Assembly (NCBI GenBank): GCA_964019335.1
Contig: OZ025691.1
Span: 62,001-126,000, forward strand
Length of the DNA stretch: 64,000 nucleotides
Reading direction: 5' to 3'
DNA from: Diplonema japonicum
Lineage: Eukaryota > Protista > Euglenozoa: Diplonemea
Part shown: piece by piece, positions 59,508-64,000 of the stretch
Layout of the letters: each line of letters opens with the position of its first letter
Numbering within the stretch: position 1 is the first letter of the stretch
Translations under genes and position numbers: made by a program
Notes under the pieces: generated by a model
The model's input: only the letters and a program-made list of their open reading frames with translations
Database searches by the model: none
What the model was told of the DNA's origin: nothing

Positions 59508-60332
59508 ATGGATGAAATAGTGATTTTTAAAAACAAAACCCCTGCGCTTCTTGAATGTGTAGAAGCATTGTGCCGAATGTCAGGGGAGAGACTGAGTGGT
59601 TTCTGTTGCAGGGTACTGGAATTCATGGTGGAAGGGTATATATATATATATTTTTTTTTTCTTTTTTTTTTTTTTCTCGAAACATAAAAAAAAAGGCAAA
59701 AAAACATCAAACCCCTATTTTCCGAATCGGAAGAGAAATCCCTAGCAAAAAAATTAAAGAAGGAGAATGTTCAGGTAAATAACAAAAAAAAATAAAAGAA
59801 AAAAAAAGAAATAAAAAAAAAATAAAAGAGTGTCGTGGATGTAGTTGAATACATTTTCGAGCAATTCGCGTACCACTCGGTAACCAAGGACAGCATGGAA
59901 GCAGCCCTGAAGGACATAGGAGTGACAGAGGAGGGCGTCCAAAGTTTTATTGAAGCATGGGCAGCGGGTGGTATGCGGCAACACTGCGAAAAAAAAAAAG
60001 TACAAATAAAAAAAAAAAAAAAAAGGAAAATCATACCTGAATAAAGTCCGGAACCACACCCTCGGTGGCCCGCAGGTTCTGACAAACATCTCTTATGACA
60101 GCCAACTGGGAGTCTCGGACACAACAGGTTTGGGAAAAAAAGAGAAAAAAAAAAAAATAAATAAAGGCCCCAAACACGAACCGAACTCCGTGCTGCAACT
60201 GCACCTCGCGGAGGTTGAAGGGGGCGAGACCCTGGCTGAGGACACGGTATCGCTCCGGTTCACGCACGAGCAACTCTACGACTTTTTCAAGCAGATCGAC
60301 ACCATTCAAGGCCAGATCGACGGGATTGCAAA

Positions 60333-60336
<4 letters not shown>
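59508..60336 (+). CDS. COMMD10: COMM domain protein 10
   Basis: Five exons (introns 59636-59695, 59775-59828, 59971-60025, 60128-60166) give FSESEE..YIFEQFAYH..F..AW..VLQL..RFTHEQLYDFFKQIDTIQGQID. Confidence 0.88.
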
Positions 60337-60381
<45 letters not shown>

Positions 60382-60487
60382 CTTGTTTCTTTCTTTCCCG
60401 CGTTTCGTGTACCGAGTGTTTAATGAGATTTTTTTTTTTTTTTTCTTCCATACATCTCTCTTTACCATCTTAAACAAAACAGGAAAG

Positions 60488-63322
60488 ATGGAAGTATGGG
60501 TGTCGCAGGACCCTGAACACCCCGACTCTGCCATCAAGCTCAGCGCTACTGAGAACTGGTATGTCAGCGACGCAGTGAAGGAGTGCTCGAAACTCTTCGT
60601 GTTTGACGGTGACCTTGTGCCTGCTGGCGAGCTCGTGCTCTGTTTGAAGGACGAGAAGCTAAACAACAGAACAAAGCTGTCGACAGCATGCAGCGCCAAT
60701 GAGGTCTTTATCGTGGAGAAGAGAGCGCCCCCCACCGCGAAGACACCTGTGAAGGGCAAGAAACGAACCACAAGGAAAGTCACTTCGCCCCCCGCAATCA
60801 TTTCCAGTACGCCGCCCAACAAGCCAACAAGAAGCCGTGGAGAATGGATACACATGGTGAACGACTTCTACGCCAGGCACTCGCACAACACCCTGTGCAT
60901 CGTACCTTACGTGCTGTCAAAATACGAAGGTGACGAGAACCGTCTCTGGGAAGCCTTGCTCCTCCGGCATAACGTCACCGATGCCACATGGGACTCGAAG
61001 CCCCGTGTGGACGTTGTGCATATTGCTCTCGCCTCCTCCCTCTCGCTTCTCACCACCCTCTCCCCCACACCTGTGTCACCGCTTCAGGCCTCACCCTCGT
61101 CTGGTGGTATTACGTGCAGCGACTCGTTCGAGGCACGACGCTTCCTCAGCGAAGTGTCCAAATCAACAGCCAAAAACGGCAGTTCGTCAATGCGAAGAGC
61201 ACCCAACAGCGTCCCCGGCCACGTCAGCATGGCCAGCATCGACAGCACCGTGCACGCCCTGAACGACACCAAGCTGTCCTGCATGGAGTACGTCGACTCG
61301 GTGGGCGAAGACGACGAGGGTGACGGTGAGGGCGACACCGAGAGACACGCGAAGGCGACGTCCGAAGACACCAACGACATCGAGCAGCACCACGACCTGC
61401 TGAACTCAATGAGGAAGCTGCTGGAGGCCTCGGGCACGGTGCCTCCTGAAAACGTGGAGCTGAGGAATGTGGAGATGGAAATCGAGGATGAAGACCCGAA
61501 CAACTCAACGCTGAACAGGACCACGGAGATCAAGAGAAGGCTTTCGGAGGCTGCGAACTCAGATGCAAGATCGACAGAGAGCTTCAAAAGGCTACTGGAG
61601 TCGGTTGGCACGAGGCCAGTGAGCTCGGGGACACCCGGATCTCCTGAAAAGGACCTGGGCCTATCACGCACGTTAGAAGATGTGATGATGCTCGAAACGA
61701 TAGGCGAGGACGACGGGACGCTGCATCCCTGTGCAGTGGGGACACAGAAGACCTCCAAAAGCATGGACTCCGCAACGCAGCCTATGTCCGAGTACTCCGG
61801 TTCGCGCACGACATCTCCTGAGCCCGACGACCCTTTGATGGGTGCCCTCAACACGGCGATGGAGGCGGTCGCTGCTTTTGACGACCTCGACACTGACAGC
61901 GAAGAGCTCCCGGAAGCGATGAGCACCTTCGACCAGAAGCAGCACTTCCACAAGCTGATCGACTCCGACGTGAAGGGCCTCACCGACGTGCGGGGGCTGC
62001 TCACAGGGATATCCTGCGTACCCATGACAGACCCTACCTACGGGAAGCTGTCGCCAAGGATTGAGCTGGGGCTACGACCGCTGACACCAAGAGAAAAAGC
62101 ACATGAGAGGGCTCAGAGAAAGAGACAGTCTATCACACTGAAATCGCTAACTGGAGTGGAAGTTGATGAAGACGAGGAGGGGAGGGAGCTGGAGGCGAGG
62201 CGGAAACTATCATCTCTAGCAACAAGCGACGTCAAGTCAACAGCGTCGATGCGGAGGCTGCTGAACAGCATGGGGACCCTGGCCATGACAGACGAGGACG
62301 GTACACAACTGACGCCGCGACTAGCAGAAGGGAGAGAAACACCTAGGGGGATATGGGACGACTCTGTCAAGGAGAGAACAGGGAGAGGGGAGAGGGAGAA
62401 ATCCGTGGAGAAGAAAAAGGAGATCGCAACGGAAGACGGGACTGTCTTCAACATCGAGGTCATCTCGTGCTCCACCAAGTCCGAAGCAGGAGAGGATGCA
62501 GGCGACGCAGAAGAGGAACAGACAGTAGAACCGGAGATCAGCGCAGGAATGATCAGCACCCCTGTGGCGGTCGTGCTGAAAGTAGACGAGAAGCAAGACA
62601 AGGACAACACCGAGAAAGATTCATCTTCTTCATCAACATCAGTCTCGTCTGTGCACTCCCTTAGCCCAGAGGCAATGGCGGTGCCTGTTGTCATTGTTGA
62701 CAGGACCCTGGGCCTATCCCTCCCTGCCTTGGAAGAGCCCATTGAGTATCCCAACGACAGGCTCGAACCAAAGTCGAGCAATTTATCATCAAAGGTGAGC
62801 TCACGTGCTTCCACACCGAAAATCCCACCATTAAACCTCGGAGGGCTGTCCCCTGTGTCGCCAATGCTTAAAATCCAACCGGGAAGCGACGACGTTCCTC
62901 TGATAATAGAACCGGTTCCTGACCCGGAGGAGAAGGAGCGGAAGAAGAAAGCAAACAGTGACGCGGTTCGTAAAATGCTGGAAGGGGTTGGGACAATGCA
63001 GTCGATGGTGGAAAGCCCGAAGGAAAAAGAGAAGGAAAAGGAGAAGGAGAAGCATGATGAGGAAGCTCCTACAGACGAGGAAGGCCCGAGCCTAGACGAG
63101 ATAAAGCGTGTCATTCCACAGGAAGTCATCAACGTGCTGAATCTGAGCGGTGCCATGGGCACTACAAGGTGCTCCGTCCGAAAGATGTACACCCCGAAGG
63201 ACATCGCTGCCTCTTCACTGTGCATAAGGGGTTCGAACCCCTTTGGTTTGAAACCCGACGATATCAAGCCGGGCATTACAATGCGAGACGTTCTGGCAAC
63301 AGCTACTTCTATGAACAGTTAG
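60488..63322 (+). CDS. Hypothetical acidic low-complexity protein with internal helical repeats
   Basis: Long ORF after polyY-AG (60482). Confidence 0.8.
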   Translation: MEVWVSQDPEHPDSAIKLSATENWYVSDAVKECSKLFVFDGDLVPAGELVLCLKDEKLNNRTKLSTACSANEVFIVEKRAPPTAKTPVKGKKRTTRKVTSPPAIISSTPPNKPTRSRGEWIHMVNDFYARHSHNTLCIVPYVLSKYEGDENRLWEALLLRHNVTDATWDSKPRVDVVHIALASSLSLLTTLSPTPVSPLQASPSSGGITCSDSFEARRFLSEVSKSTAKNGSSSMRRAPNSVPGHVSMASIDSTVHALNDTKLSCMEYVDSVGEDDEGDGEGDTERHAKATSEDTNDIEQHHDLLNSMRKLLEASGTVPPENVELRNVEMEIEDEDPNNSTLNRTTEIKRRLSEAANSDARSTESFKRLLESVGTRPVSSGTPGSPEKDLGLSRTLEDVMMLETIGEDDGTLHPCAVGTQKTSKSMDSATQPMSEYSGSRTTSPEPDDPLMGALNTAMEAVAAFDDLDTDSEELPEAMSTFDQKQHFHKLIDSDVKGLTDVRGLLTGISCVPMTDPTYGKLSPRIELGLRPLTPREKAHERAQRKRQSITLKSLTGVEVDEDEEGRELEARRKLSSLATSDVKSTASMRRLLNSMGTLAMTDEDGTQLTPRLAEGRETPRGIWDDSVKERTGRGEREKSVEKKKEIATEDGTVFNIEVISCSTKSEAGEDAGDAEEEQTVEPEISAGMISTPVAVVLKVDEKQDKDNTEKDSSSSSTSVSSVHSLSPEAMAVPVVIVDRTLGLSLPALEEPIEYPNDRLEPKSSNLSSKVSSRASTPKIPPLNLGGLSPVSPMLKIQPGSDDVPLIIEPVPDPEEKERKKKANSDAVRKMLEGVGTMQSMVESPKEKEKEKEKEKHDEEAPTDEEGPSLDEIKRVIPQEVINVLNLSGAMGTTRCSVRKMYTPKDIAASSLCIRGSNPFGLKPDDIKPGITMRDVLATATSMNS

Positions 63323-64000
63323 ACCCTGGTTGGAGGGGGGTTTTTTTTTTCTTTTCTTTTCTTTTTTTTCTTTTTTTTTTCCACAGACACTAGTTCCCTT
63401 CGTTTGGGAAATGGGAGTTTTCTTTTTTTTTTTTTTTTTAGAAAGAAAAAAAAAAAAAAAAAAAAAAGTAACAGGTCAAAAGACTGCGGTGAACCGGCTC
63501 TCTTTCATCTGCTCCCATTTTCCCCTTTCCCCTTTCCCCTTCGCTTTCATCCTTCTCTTTCAGCTCTCTTCCCATACTTGGTTCCAGGGAGAAAAAAAAT
63601 GAAGGATATTTTCGTTCTAAGAATGGATGGAGTTTACGGAAGGACGAAAGGTTTTTTTTTTTTTTTTTTTTCCTTTGCTCTTCTTGTGTGAAGAATTTAA
63701 TATGAAACGCTTCCCTTTAACTCCCCCCCCCCCCCCTCCTTTATTTTGTATTCCTGTCTTTAGGAAAACCTACGGTTCTATTTTGTTTATTTTTTGTTTG
63801 TCTGCCCCCACCCCAAAAAAAAAGATTTTTTGAACTATTCTTTTTCACATTCCACATTTCTTATTCTTTCCCCCTTTTTTTTTTAAAGCAGTTTTTAAGC
63901 AAGTTTCTTCATCACCAAGAATTGGATTCCCCCCCCCCCCCCCCCCCTATTCTCCTTGCTTTTTTCTTCTTCTTTTTTTCTGCGGTAACTTTAACTTTTC

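Noticed and set aside
1-64000. CRISPR array, rRNA or prokaryotic operon
   Set aside because: No repeat-spacer periodicity or rRNA motifs; sequence is clearly eukaryotic with spliceosomal introns

Overview
Eukaryotic nuclear DNA from a euglenozoan, most likely a diplonemid: two copies of a diplonemid-type spliced-leader (SL) exon are present. Positions 1-~7750 are a minus-strand, head-to-tail array of Ingi/I-group-like non-LTR retroelements. It contains the 5' part of an SL-headed element (ORF1 plus a 2A-like peptide/AP-endonuclease ORF2), a 5'-truncated RT-RNase H element and a probable third remnant. The two junctions each carry a diverged copy of a ~340-390 nt covarying, pseudoknotted sequence. 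Positions ~8000-63300 hold about 19 protein genes, all on the + strand: Vps8, metallophosphoesterase, aldo-keto reductase, SLAC1-like channel, glycosyltransferase-like, MYCBP2-type RCR E3, NEK, dual-specificity phosphatase, HPS3-like, myosin, MAPK-like, LRR, COMMD10 and hypotheticals. There is also one antisense tRNA-Pro and some MITE/hAT debris. The most striking pattern is that about 25 inferred short (37-72 nt) GT-AG introns mostly carry poly(A)/purine tracts instead of a polypyrimidine tract, often with AAG acceptors, while putative trans-splice acceptors upstream of genes keep polypyrimidine tracts. All calls were made by eye, and homopolymer lengths may be assembly-inaccurate.
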